64,000 bases of DNA, taken from Azolla caroliniana (Eukaryota; Plantae; Polypodiophyta). The DNA is taken from NCBI GenBank assembly GCA_043228905.1, contig JBHGNT010000012.1, positions 15,128,001-15,192,000 on the forward strand, given 5' to 3'. The notes under the pieces were generated by a model. It was not told where the DNA came from, ran no database searches, and was given only the letters and a program-made list of their open reading frames with translations. This document shows positions 1 through 11,600 of the stretch, piece after piece. Numbering within the stretch: the stretch's first letter is position 1; every line of letters starts with the position of its first letter. Position numbers and translations under genes: made by a program.

Positions 1-61
1 GGTGTGTTCGGTCGAACCGGGCTTTGTTCTTCATCCTCGCCGTCCGAAGTCTCTCCGCCGC

Positions 62-3000
62 TCATTCCACGTCCTCTGGCCTCCGCTCGAGCTGCCGTAT
101 ACGCGCCGCTAGCAGTTCTTCCCGGCTCATCTCGTCTCTCCAGTCCACTATTGCCCAAGAGGAGATCGTCTGTTCCATTGGCATGATTGGCTTCTGTCCG
201 AACATGAGCTCTGACGGCATGAACCCTGTTACCGAACTGTGTGTTGTCCTGTCCGCCCACAAGGCATAAGGTAACAACTGTGGCCAGTTCCCGACCTGGC
301 CTCCGCATGCCCGGACTAGTGCTTTGACGATCGGTCCATGTCCGCGCTCCACCTTCCCATTTGCCTCCGGATTGTACACTGTGGTGAGCGAGAGCTTGAC
401 CCCTAACCGGTCGAACAGCTCCTCGGCCTCTTCGGCGTCCAACTCCCCACGGTCAACCACGATCTTCCTGACGTACCCGTACCGGCATATCACGTCCTCG
501 ATCAGGAACCGACACACGGCCGCGGTCGTTTTGTTCTGCAGGGCTCGGCCTTCCACCTGGTTCGTTAGGTCCTCCCGGGCCAGCACCAGATATCGCATCT
601 GCCCTACGCCCATCGGCATCGTCACCAAATCTACCATCCATTTGAAGTGGATGGCCGGAGGGTAAGTAGGATGAAGCTCGTCCCGATGTCGGACTATGGA
701 GTGCATCTGACTGCTCTCACAAGTTGTCACGAACCGATGCACGTCCCGATACAGTCCTGACCACCAGTATTTCCCCTTTAGTTTCTCGAACGTGGCCCAC
801 GTCCCACGGTGTCTAGCCCAGGGGCTGTCGTGGTAGGCCTTCAACAACTCCTCCTGTTCCTCCTTCATCGCCACTACTCAGAGCGGGATGCCGTTTCTCT
901 TCTTCGGGTGCTTCCATAAGTATCCGTCCCGGAGAAAGAATCGGTATGCTTTCTTCCAGACCCGGTTGGCCTCGTTCTTTGTCCATGACACGTCCGGCGT
1001 CATCGTCCTCAAGAATCCCCCAATCTGCAGCCACTCCCCGTTGTACTTGCTCTCGTCGAAATCGTTAAGCGCCGGAGTGCTCCCTCCCTCGGTTGTTACG
1101 TAACCCGCCTCGAAGAAGTCCACGCTGACTTCCTCGTCCTCCGAAACCATGCCGCCCTCGTCGTCGAATCGCGCCCTTGAAAGCATGTTGGCCATGGCAT
1201 TGTCTTTCCCGGAAATGTGTCGTATTTCCGGATCCAGGGACTTGATGTATGCTATCCACCTGAGCATTGCCAGGTCCGGGGTTGCGCATTCGGAAACCAT
1301 GCCGAGAATTGGTAGGCAGTCCGTCTCGATAATCACCTCTGTCCCGATCAGATAGTCTTTATCGGCCTTCACCGCCGAAACGATACCCTAGAGTTCGCGT
1401 TTAACCTGGGTGTATCCTCGCTGTCGCTCGCTGAGGACCTTCGCGCCGAACCGGATTGGGAACCGAATGCCGTTCTCATCTTCTTGGTTGACAACCCATC
1501 CGATCCCGGTCGGACTCGTATCTACCGTTATGTAGACGGGAGTGCCTTTCTCGTAGACAGCCTTCCGGAGTGCCGGAGCTGCAGCAAGAGCCTCCTTCAT
1601 CTTTCGCACCGACTCCGTATGCTCGTCTCGCCACTCGAATTTTCGCCCCTTTTTCAACAACCCATATAGCGGCTCGGCAACGTGGGCGTAATACGGGATC
1701 CATATGTGGTAGAACGCGCATGCTCCCAAGAACCTCCGTACCTCCGTGACCGAGTTACAGTCGGAATTCATTGCGGAGATGGCTTCCACCTTAGTCGGAG
1801 ACGGTTTCCGGCCATACGGTCCGCATAGATGTCCGACGACCATGATCTCTGATTGCCCGAAGGCCGATTTTTCCCCGGAAAAGGTGTGCCTCGCGTCCTC
1901 TAGCCTCTGCAGCACCCTCTCACAGTCGTCAATGTGTGTCGCCACGAATTTCCGGCATCCGTCCGGTCCGATCGTTTCGTTCTTTTCTTCCACCGGACAT
2001 CCCTTGATCGGGATGTCGTCCAAGAATGGCATGGTGATGTCCGGGATACAATCCCTCAGCACCTTGTTCATCGCATTCACCACGTGGGCCACCGAGTTCG
2101 TCCCTCCTTGTGGCAGGGTACACATCCCCACTAGGCCGAGAGGAGTCCGCATCGTCGTAATGTCTCTACTCTCTACAGCTAGTTGGAACTTATCGTACCC
2201 TGAGTACAGATCTCCGACCGAGTAGATCGACCTTCCGACGAAGGCCTCTACGAACTCGTCTATCGTTGGTCCGATTCCTGCGTTCCGAATGGTCACTCTG
2301 TTGACCGGTTGCAGGTCTTGAATGAAGCGCAACGTCCCGTTCTTCTTCGGTACTGTAAACCACTGGTTTGAGTACGGGGCACTCGACGGTTCGAGGATGC
2401 CCATATCGATTTTTTGCCTCAACAGCTCCATCAGCTCCGGGATGTGAGCTCTCCGTACCGGAATTGGTTTGAGATTCCACGGCACATGCGGTACCGTGAA
2501 TATCACCATCGGCTTTACGACTGTCGTGTCTACGCACCCGATTTCTTCCGGTGAGAATGCGAAGGCTTTCCCGTGCCTTTTGAGCATTCTCCGAAACCGG
2601 TCTTCTTCCGCCGGCAGTAGGAACCCGCCCCCACCGATTTTGAGCTCCCGTAGCGTCCTGTCGGTGAAGGTGTGTCCTATGTAGGCCGGATCACGTAAAC
2701 TGGGGTCCGACGCGACCCCCTTGATTCGCAACTCGCTGCCCTCCGATAAGGGTGCCGCGACTGGCCTTACCTTCCGGTCCACAGTCTTGTACTTCGTGTT
2801 AACCCGGGCCGTCCGATCCGACTCGAACCCTCGACTAAAGTTCGCGATGACTTCATATATCTCTTCTGAACAAACCGGTATCGTCCGGTCCTCTTTAAGG
2901 CCCTCTCCGACCACCTCTCACAGTATTCCCAAGGTATCGTCGAAGGAGACCGCCTCCATGGCTCCGTTGATTTCCTCGCTGGGCCCGAGAACTCCGCACG

Positions 3001-3199
3001 CCCGAAGTCGCTCTTCCGCCCTTGTCTTTTCTCGGCCTATGACGCCGACTATCGTACACCCTCCGTTGTTGGAGAAACAAAACTTCCTACTTATGGTACT
3101 AGGCTTCTTCGGTTTCGCCTCTATCGTACATTTGTGGGGTTTTCCCGGAGTGTCCGGACTGTCGCGGCCCCACGCCTTGACAGCCCTCTCTAAAAATCC
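62..3199 (-). pseudogene. Gypsy-1 pol (RT-RNaseH-integrase), one frame broken by nonsense codons
   Basis: ORFs 2918-3250, 1388-2914, 878-1372 and 62-874 share one frame. Motifs DLYSGYD, FLDD, VDTSPTGIG, YNPEANGKVER. Confidence 0.9.
3134..3199 (-). promoter_or_regulatory. Putative -1 ribosomal frameshift signal (G GAU UUU + pseudoknot)
   Basis: Heptamer 3199-3193, 6-nt spacer, stem GGGCTGTC/GACAGTCC, loop GTGGGG complementary to downstream CCCCAC. The pol frame is -1 relative to gag-pro. Confidence 0.8.
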
Positions 3200-5343
3200 T
3201 CTCGGTTCTCGCCACCGAGGGACTCGCGGTTTCGCTCGTGGTTCGGTCACACCGTCAGGAACTGGACCGAATGACGCCCGTTCTGACTTTTGACCCTCGC
3301 GTAAGCCGACCCGTTGTCCAACACCTTGGTCTCCATCCGCGCTGCCATAATGTACGGTTCTCCCAGTATGACCGGGTGCGAGGACGTCTCCTGCACAAAG
3401 AAGTGCTAGTCTATCTCGATGTCATTGATCTTGACTTGGACGTTTGGGCAGGCCCCGTGTAGTTCCTCGGTGGCGCGCATCGCCGCCCGTATCTTCCACT
3501 CGTGCTTGGTGTTGATCAGCCATTTCCCTTTCTTGTAGAAGTCCATGGACATCAGGTTTATTTCTGAACCGTGGTCCACTAGCGCCACCACCGGTTCCTG
3601 AACATCTCCGATCTTCACCGGGGTTTCCGTGGTTGCTTGGGCCCAGTGTGGCCTTGAATAGTGGCTCTCTGCCTACTCGTCTTCCATTGCCATGTCCTCC
3701 ATGTGCGTCGTTCGCACCTCCACCGACCTTTCCGGTTCTGCCTCCTTCGACAACCTCTTCCTTTTTACCAAGTCTACGATGGAGTCGTGGAACTCCTTCT
3801 TGGCGATTCCGAGCACCTCCCACAACGACAGTTCCACCTTGCTGTCGAGGATTCGTTCTTCCAGGAGCTTTCGTAGGTCCGTGGTCCTTTTGATCTCCGT
3901 GCCCAAACGATATCCGCCCTTCTTGTGGTTATCCCGGGCACTGGACTCACCGGCCTCGTTCCGTTTCGGCCCGAATCGGGTTTCGTATCTTTGTGAGGGT
4001 CCGGCCCCTCCGGGTTTACCTACCCGTTTGTCTTCAACCAGAGCCTCGTAGTTCTGGTAAGCTGCTTCTACGAAACCCGTCTTTTCTTCGACCGGGTCAC
4101 TCCACCCAGTTACCCCCTGGACTCGCTTCTCCGCGTGGTCCGCCTCGTCTTTCTTTAGTCGGGCACCGGCGAGGCCTTCCAGCACCGTCGGCCAGAACCC
4201 GGATTTGCTCTCCTTCTGGGCCTCGCTGCCTCCGACCCGAATGTCGGCTGACGCCGAGTAGTGGACAATCTCCGCGTGCCGGGCCGCCGCCTCTTCCATC
4301 AGCCTTTTCATTCCTCCTCGCCCGTCGTTTCGGTTCAGGGCCCTCCGGGTATCACTGGCGTGCACCCGACCTTCCCACAGGTACACTACCCGGCTTCTCA
4401 AAGCCTCCGCAAAGTCCCCGCAGTCTTTCCGGATGTGGCCGACCTCGTTGCACCACATGCACCTATTTCCTGCCGGAGGCTGTCGGTCACGAGCCTGTTC
4501 GCCACCTCCCCTCCGAGCCTGGGCGATCTGGATATCCTTTACCGCCCGTGTCAACTCCTCCAAAGCTGTCCCCTCGGACGAGCGTCTGACCACGCCGGTC
4601 GAAGCCGAACCGGTTTCGAGCCACTCCCGGGCCTCTTCCCGTCGCGCCTGTGGTATTGGTTCGAGATTCCTTGCTGTGACAGGACCCGCCCCGGTCGCCC
4701 CTGTATCAGCCCACCCCCACCGTTTGTCAAAACGGCCGCAGACTCTTTTTACCGCGGCCCAGTCGGCCATCAGCCCGTATTCGGTTTCCAGTAAGGAGCC
4801 CACTTGCTCCCAATCCCGTGCGTCAACCGATTTGACAAACACTAGGACACGACTTGTGTCCAGAACGGTCCGATCGAGCGCCGAAAGGCGCGCAAAGCGT
4901 TCCTCAAACTCCCGGAGGAGTACCGATGCATTTCTTCCTTTGTTGGGGGACTCCACCCACTCCATGAAGCCCCGCTTCGAAAGTCGAAGCGCGTCATCCA
5001 ACCCGTATTTCTCCAGGAGCTGTCCTTCGAACTCCCCCCAAGTCCGGCTCTCCGCCTGGACCTCGAGCACCTCCGCATGGATGCCCGGCATCGCCACTCG
5101 AGGGAATCCGGCAAGACGCCTCTCCTCCGGAATATCCCTCATCAACATCTCCGCCCGGTAGGACGCCAAATAACTCGTGGCATCCTTTCCACTGAACCGG
5201 CCGATCGTACCGACGATCGCCTCAATAGCCTTGTCAAGGGCGCCGGTGCCCTCGCACGCGCTCACTATCCGGTCCACGGCCGAAGCCATGGCCTCTGCAA
5301 GATCCGACCCCCTCATCTTCTGCTCCTCTGCCGCCTGTTTCAT
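3190..5343 (-). pseudogene. Gypsy-1 gag-protease ORF with nonsense codons
   Basis: ORF 3673-5343 (CMWCNEVGHIRKDC knuckle) and protease ORF 3406-3618 share a frame that ends ...NREDF-TAG at 3190. Confidence 0.85.
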
Positions 5344-5356
5344 GTCGGGTTCACCA
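5339..5356 (-). promoter_or_regulatory. Primer binding site, tRNA-Trp type
   Basis: TGGTGAACCCGACATGAA, 4 nt from the LTR end. Complementary to the plant tRNA-Trp 3' end (from memory) with one mismatch. Confidence 0.75.
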
Positions 5357-5360
5357 AATA

Positions 5361-6010
5361 TGTCACGTTGCTACGCGTGTGCGTGGAGAAACGAGGTGGG
5401 ACCACCGGGGTCTTGAACCGAAGAGCAGGTGATAGGAGGGGAAAGAGAAAGAGAGAGAGACGACCGGTCACGTATGAGCAAAGAAACACAGGGACACGGC
5501 CCGTCAACGCAGAGAACATGAATGGACACAGAGACAGAGAGACACGAAAGTTTGTATATTAACGAATAACAAATACACAACAGAGCGCGCGAGTGGTTAC
5601 AACCGACCAGGCCGACGAACAGATGCCGATGCCTGTTCGTCTGCGCACGAAAGGGGATAGGATGGAGGTGCTGCCGGACGCGCACGGGCGTTCCTCGAAG
5701 CAGCGCGAGCCTCCCGAAAACCTGCAAAGAAGAGCGATAGAGAACAAACAGAGGAGAAGCATTCGGTTACGATCCGGCAGCACTTCGTCCTCCTCAATGC
5801 GCGATCCCTTCTCCCTGCATCTCCCTTTCCTTTATATCCTCAAGAAGGGAGCCGTCTCCCTCATTTACTTCTTACCTACCGAATCTAACTACCCCGGATA
5901 TACCTATGTACCTAATTCCCTATTATATACATTAAGGGCGCGCACGCGTGAAGAGCCGGTTCACGTGCACTATGCACCGATTGCGCTAAGGGACGGTTTT
6001 CTTCACTACA
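5361..6010 (-). repeat. 5' LTR of Gypsy-1 (~650 bp)
   Basis: TGTAG...GTGACA termini on minus strand, PBS adjacent, abrupt change to a different LTR at 6011. Confidence 0.75.
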
Positions 6011-6666
6011 ACGTGGATAAGTGTGAGGGTTAAACGAGAGTGTAAAGAAGGGGAGGATTACTTTTAAATCCTCCGGATTGAGACAACCCATTAGGCCTAG
6101 TGTGAACATGGCTGGGGGCCTTGGGTATCGCTATAAATAGAGGCCTAGCTACCCTCATTTCATCATCTTGTTGACTACGTCGAGACTTTGTCTTGTGGTG
6201 GGTCAACTCTTGTAGTGAGCGTGCGAGCACCAGGTACGACTCGATGCCACGACGATGGTATGGGACGTTGATCGAGGCTGGAGTCCGTCTCGATCCCTTC
6301 ACTTGGGGGTGGTCGGGTGGATCGATACCCTTCTTTCTCTCTCTCCTTTCTTTCTATCTACCTAGATCTATCCTTATCTAATGTTTACTTTAGTACATGT
6401 CTCTAATATTTGGTATCAGAGCCATTATACTAATGTTTCTTTTGTTGGTCTTATCTTCTCGATGGATGGCGATCGATCGTTGTGCGGTTGGACTTCATGC
6501 AGACAAGGATCAACAAGGAACTTCGGTAATCTTTCTTGTTATTTTTTGTCTATTTTTTCTTCTCCCATCTAATCATGTGTATGGTTAATATGTAGATTAT
6601 TTTCGTTACTCAAATGATGTTGTAGTGGTATTTAATTGGTTATCTAAAACGCTTACATATGTGCAC

Positions 6667-6910
6667 GAGGTCAATACCTCGTTTGACATATAAATAATAT
6701 GTGATGAGTGTCGTATGTGTATGAGGTTAATACCTCAATTACGTATTACGTTCACGAATATATGTTACGTTTGAGTATGAGGTCAACACCTCGATTTTGT
6801 TGTAAATGATATGCGTTTGGTCTCGTATGCGTAAGAGGTCAATACCTCAATTGTGTATTACGTTGAACCCTTATTTTTGGATGTCTCGTGTGCGTAGAGG
6901 TATATGCCTT
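6667..6910 (+). repeat. Array of five GAGGT-N4-ACCTC stem-loops (56-bp period) in the Gypsy-2 leader
   Basis: Copies start at 6667, 6723, 6779 and 6835, with a degenerate copy at 6897. Confidence 0.85.
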
Positions 6911-8643
6911 GATTACGTATCTCGATTACATCATTTTTGGCTATTAAATATAATGATTTCCTTAATATAGGCATATGTGATCACATGTATACGTAGTTGA
7001 TCGTATATATGTGATAATATACATATGTGTATATAATTTATTACGTGATTTTAAATCGAATGTTTTCCTTTTCGGGGAAAGGTTCTTGGTGGCCGTCCTC
7101 ACATTTTTGTGAGAATCATGTTGTCACCATCCCTTTTTTCAACAATTTTTTATTGTTGAAATCCTCGTTGGTGACTTCGATATTTCATTACGTAAAGAAA
7201 CGCTATAGCCATAATGATTTTGAGTACGTAGGGCTTGACCTACTTCATGTGAGGTCGCTCCTATGACACACGTATCCAACATCCCTCCCTCATTACATGG
7301 ATACGATGCCACCATGAGATCATTCTTACGAGAGGCATTCGTAATGACGTGACCATGTGATGGGCCACGTGGGCCTACTACGAAAAGAGGGCTCATTTGG
7401 CTTGACCATTACGTTGCACTTTGGCATATGCCATCGTAATTACGAGACTTGAGCTTAGGTAATGTACCAACATATTTGTAGTAAATGAGGGTGAAATAAG
7501 GACTCTTGACATATATGTTTCTTTTAATAAAACATATATGGGCAAATGCCTCGCATATCTCTTATATGCAGGAAACATTAAACATTCAAGAAGAGCAACC
7601 TACTTGGTTGGCTCAAGTGTTTAATCCATTTGTTCTCGAGGTCTCGAGTTCAAATATGACCAAGACCATACAACATCATTGATACATATGACTATAACAC
7701 ATGTTTAGACTTGAGGTCTAAGTGCACTTCGGGGTCCTTGTAATAGGACTTAAAGAGCCGAAACCACATATGTGGGCACCGAAACATTTCTTTCATGTAT
7801 AAACTATTCATGACGCAAACATACATGGTTGAGCCTCGAGGAGCCGCCATATAAAATCGATATAGAGATAAGGGAAAGACATTCATTTGTCACCCCCAGG
7901 GTTTTTAAAACACCTTTGTGTTACCATAGTAACCTGATCTTGAACCTCATCTCATACGTCTAGAGGGGTATTGACGTGAGATAATGATATCGATTAATGC
8001 TCGCCCATGATAGGTTTACATCACGACATGATATTATGACTATCTCTCTAACCTTATCCTATTTCTTTTCCAGAAATAATCATTTATTGGCTCAAAATAA
8101 CGACCCGATGTCCTCCGCTCAAGCGGAAGGAACTGAAGGGAATCGTCTTGGACAAATGTCCATTGAGATGTATTTTTCGCAAATAACCCAATACCTTAGT
8201 TTCACTGCTCAACAGATGACCGAACTTCGGCAATCTCAAAGTGCTCTCGAGGCAAGTGTCATTAGTCTACAACGTGAGACTAATAGACCTGATGAGCGAC
8301 AGGGTGAACCATCGTTTGTCGTTAAGCCATTTACGGGAGACAAAAAGGGAAGAACCGAAGAAGCAATCTGCACATGGTTGGGCCGATGGGAGTCTCATTT
8401 TGAGCTCTATCCCATGCCAGATAGTACGAAGATTGCATATGTCGGCCAAGAACTAGGGGGTAAGGCCGTGGCTTGGTGGCGTGGGCTCCGTACTTTGGGG
8501 AAATTGCCCGATACCTGGACGGATTTTGTCACAGTTTTCAAGGACCAATTTCTACAACCTCCCTCTCAAACCGAGGCAGCACAAGCTTTAATGAACCTCT
8601 CTAGCATGAAGTTCTCCTCGCTAGAAGACTATGTCCACCATGC

Positions 8644-11600
8644 TGTTAGAAATTGACGCTTTCAAAACCTTCACCTCTCGGCCACAACCGAGGAAACACG
8701 AATCAATGCAGCAGTAAATCGAAAACACAGAGAGAGACTTGAACGCACAGGGTTTAGCGTGGAAAACCCTAGACGGGAAAAACCACGGGAGTGCAAGACT
8801 CCAACTATCACTATACGCAGGGAATGTACAATGGCGAGCTGCAAGGCGACGACCTTGAGCTCGCTGTCCTCGCCACAGGCGGCGGTATTACACAGAGGCG
8901 TCGACCTCTTCCTTTCTCTCTCTCTCACTCTCTCTCTCGGCTGCTCTCACTTCGCTCCCTCTAAGTGGAAAACAGAAAAATGAGCAACAACAACAAAACT
9001 GTTTGCCCTAAGTCATATTTATACACATATGACTTTCGGGCTATTTACAAATATAGCCTCGAGGGCCCTTGGCAAACATATTCACAAATATGTCCCCGCA
9101 TCCGGATCTCTCTCTCCGGGTACATTTGTCATCCGGCTCTGTAGCCGGGGTCTTCATCATCCGGATCCGAAACCGGGTCTTCATCATCCGGTTCCGATAC
9201 CGGGTACTCCTCATTCGGGTCTTCATTCCCGATTCCCGGACATCTGACCATCCCATCCGGAGGGACCGTAATCCCAACAAACTCCCCCTTCACTTCGGCA
9301 TGGGATGTCTTTCCAGTCCGACCCTCTTCCGGCACGCTTCCAGCTTGTCGGGTGTGAGCACTTTGGTCAGCATATCTGACCCGTTCTCGTCCGTGTGGAT
9401 CTTCGTCAGCACGAACTCCTGGTCTTCTATCCTTTCCCGGATCCAGTGATATCTTCACTAGATGTGCTTCGTCCGGGAGTGATAGGCCGCGTTCTTCGCA
9501 AGATGGATGACACTCTGACTGTCGCAGTAGAGTCGGTACTCCTCCTGCCGGATACCGAGCTCTCTAATGAAGTCCTTCATCCATATTATTTCCTTGCCGG
9601 CTTCAACAGCCGCCATGTACTCCGCCTCCGTGGTTGACAACGCAACCGTCTTCTGCAGCCTCGATTGCCACGAAACAGCTCCCCCTGCATACGTCATCAC
9701 ATACCCTGATGTGGACCGGCTGGCATCTGCATTAGCCGACATATCCGAATCGGTAAAGCCGTCGAGTTCGGGCTTACCGGAGCCGAATCGGAGGCACACG
9801 TTTGCCGTGCCCTTCAGGTATCGGAGTATCCACTTGGCCGCGTTCCAGTGCTCTTTGCCGGGATTGCTCATGTACCGGCTCACCACTCCGACTGCATATC
9901 CTATGTCCGGTCTTGTACACACCATTGCGTACATCAAGCTTCCGACGGCAGAGGCATATGGTACTTTCATCATGTCCTCCTTCTCAGCCTTTGTCTTGGG
10001 GCTTTGCTTGCTGGACAACTTGCAGTTTGCCGGGAGGGTTGACCCGACCGGTCTTGCTTCCGACATGTTGAACCGGTGAAGCACCTTTGTCACGTACTTC
10101 TCCTGTGACAGCCACAACTGCTTCTTCTTCCGGTCTCGGATGATGTGCATCCCTAGTATTTGCCTCGCCGGACCCAGGTCCTTCATTGAGAAGGTTCGGT
10201 GAAGCGCTTTCTTCAGCATCCGTATCTTGACCTGGTCCCATCCGACGATCAACATGTCGTCCACGTACAGGAGGAGTATTAGAAAGTCTCCTCCTTCGAA
10301 CTTCTTCACAAACACGCAGTGATCGGACTGCGTTTTGTGGTACCCTTCGTCGGTCATGAAAGAGTCGAACTTCCGGTACCATTGCCGGGGAGCCTGCTTC
10401 AGTCCGTAAAGGCTCTTCTTCAACCGGCATACCAGGTGCTCCTTCCCTTTCTTCTCGAATCCTTCCGGTTGCTGCATGTAGATCTCTTCTTCGAGGTCAC
10501 CGTGAAGGAATGCCGTCTTCACGTCCATCTGTTCTACCTCGAGGTCCATGCTTGCCGCTATGCTCAGCACCGTCCGGATGGAGGTCATCTTCACTACCGG
10601 GGCAAATATCTCGTCGAAGTCGACGCCCTTCTTCTGCTGGAACCCCTTCACCACGATCCTGGCTTTGTATCTCGGGGGGTTTCCGGCATCTCCCGGTTTC
10701 AGCTTGAACACCCACTTGTTTTGAAGTGCCCGCTTTCCTTTCGGCAACTCCACAAGTTCATATGTGTGGTTCTCATGCAGGGAATCCATCTCCTCCTGCA
10801 TGGCACTTAACCACCTGTGGCTATGGGTGTCAAGCTTTGCTTATTCAAAACTCTCCGGCTCCCCCTCGTCGGTTAGCAGCACGTGCTCTGGTTCCGGAAA
10901 TCTCCGGGGGGCCCTTCTCTCTCTTAGAGGATATCTCCGTTCCGGAGCTTCGGTAACCGGCTCCTCCGTTTCCTCTTCATCCGAATCCATTTCGGGATCG
11001 GGGCCGGTTCCGGTATCAGTTTCATCTTCCTCGGCCGGTTCTGTTTCTTCACCGTCTTCGGCCGGATCCTCGAGTGCTAACCGGTCCCTTGCCGGTCGGG
11101 ACTGCTCTTCGTAGAGTTTATCCTCACCGGTCGACTTGGAGCTCTTCATCTTCTTCTCCGACTCCCAGTCGGCGAGTGTCTTGTCCTCCATGAAGATGAT
11201 ATCACGACTCCAGAATATCTTTTTGTCGACCGGGTCCCATACTCGGTAGCCGAACTCGTCATCGCCGTAACCGAGGAATATGCATGGCCGGGTCTTTGGA
11301 TCTAGCTTTCCTCTCCGGTCCTTTGCCACATGCACATATGCGAGACACCCGAACACCTTCAGATGCCGGTAGGATACTTCCCTACCCGTCCACAGTCTCT
11401 GCGGCGTGTCTCCGTCCAAAGGTACTGAGGGTGATCTGTTTATCACGTATGTCGCCGTCGACATTGCCTTAGCCCAAAACCCCTTGGGTAATTTCGCATG
11501 CGCCAGCATACTCCGGACCCTCTCCATTATGGTCCGGTTCATCCTCTCGGCCAGCCCGTTCAGTTTCGGCGTCTTCGGCACAGTAAACTCGAGCCGGATT

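Larger units (their letters stand above)
1..6010 (-). mobile_element. Gypsy-1: Ty3/Gypsy LTR retrotransposon (non-chromovirus, Phygy-like), 3' end beyond window
   Basis: Minus-strand order LTR-PBS-gag(CCHC)-protease(VDHGSEIN)-RT(FLDD)-RH-INT. Inserted into the 5' LTR of Gypsy-2. Confidence 0.9.

Noticed and set aside
6667-6910. CRISPR array
   Set aside because: Eukaryotic retrotransposon leader, 14-nt repeats, spacers related to each other, no cas genes.
7600-7660. tRNA/SINE-like A/B boxes in the Gypsy-2 leader (also a lone B-box near 49500)
   Set aside because: Too degenerate and spacing too short to support a call.
8671-9280. Small ORFs repeated at 8.7-9.3 kb and 13.4-14.0 kb
   Set aside because: Repeated only because they lie in the two Copia-A LTRs.
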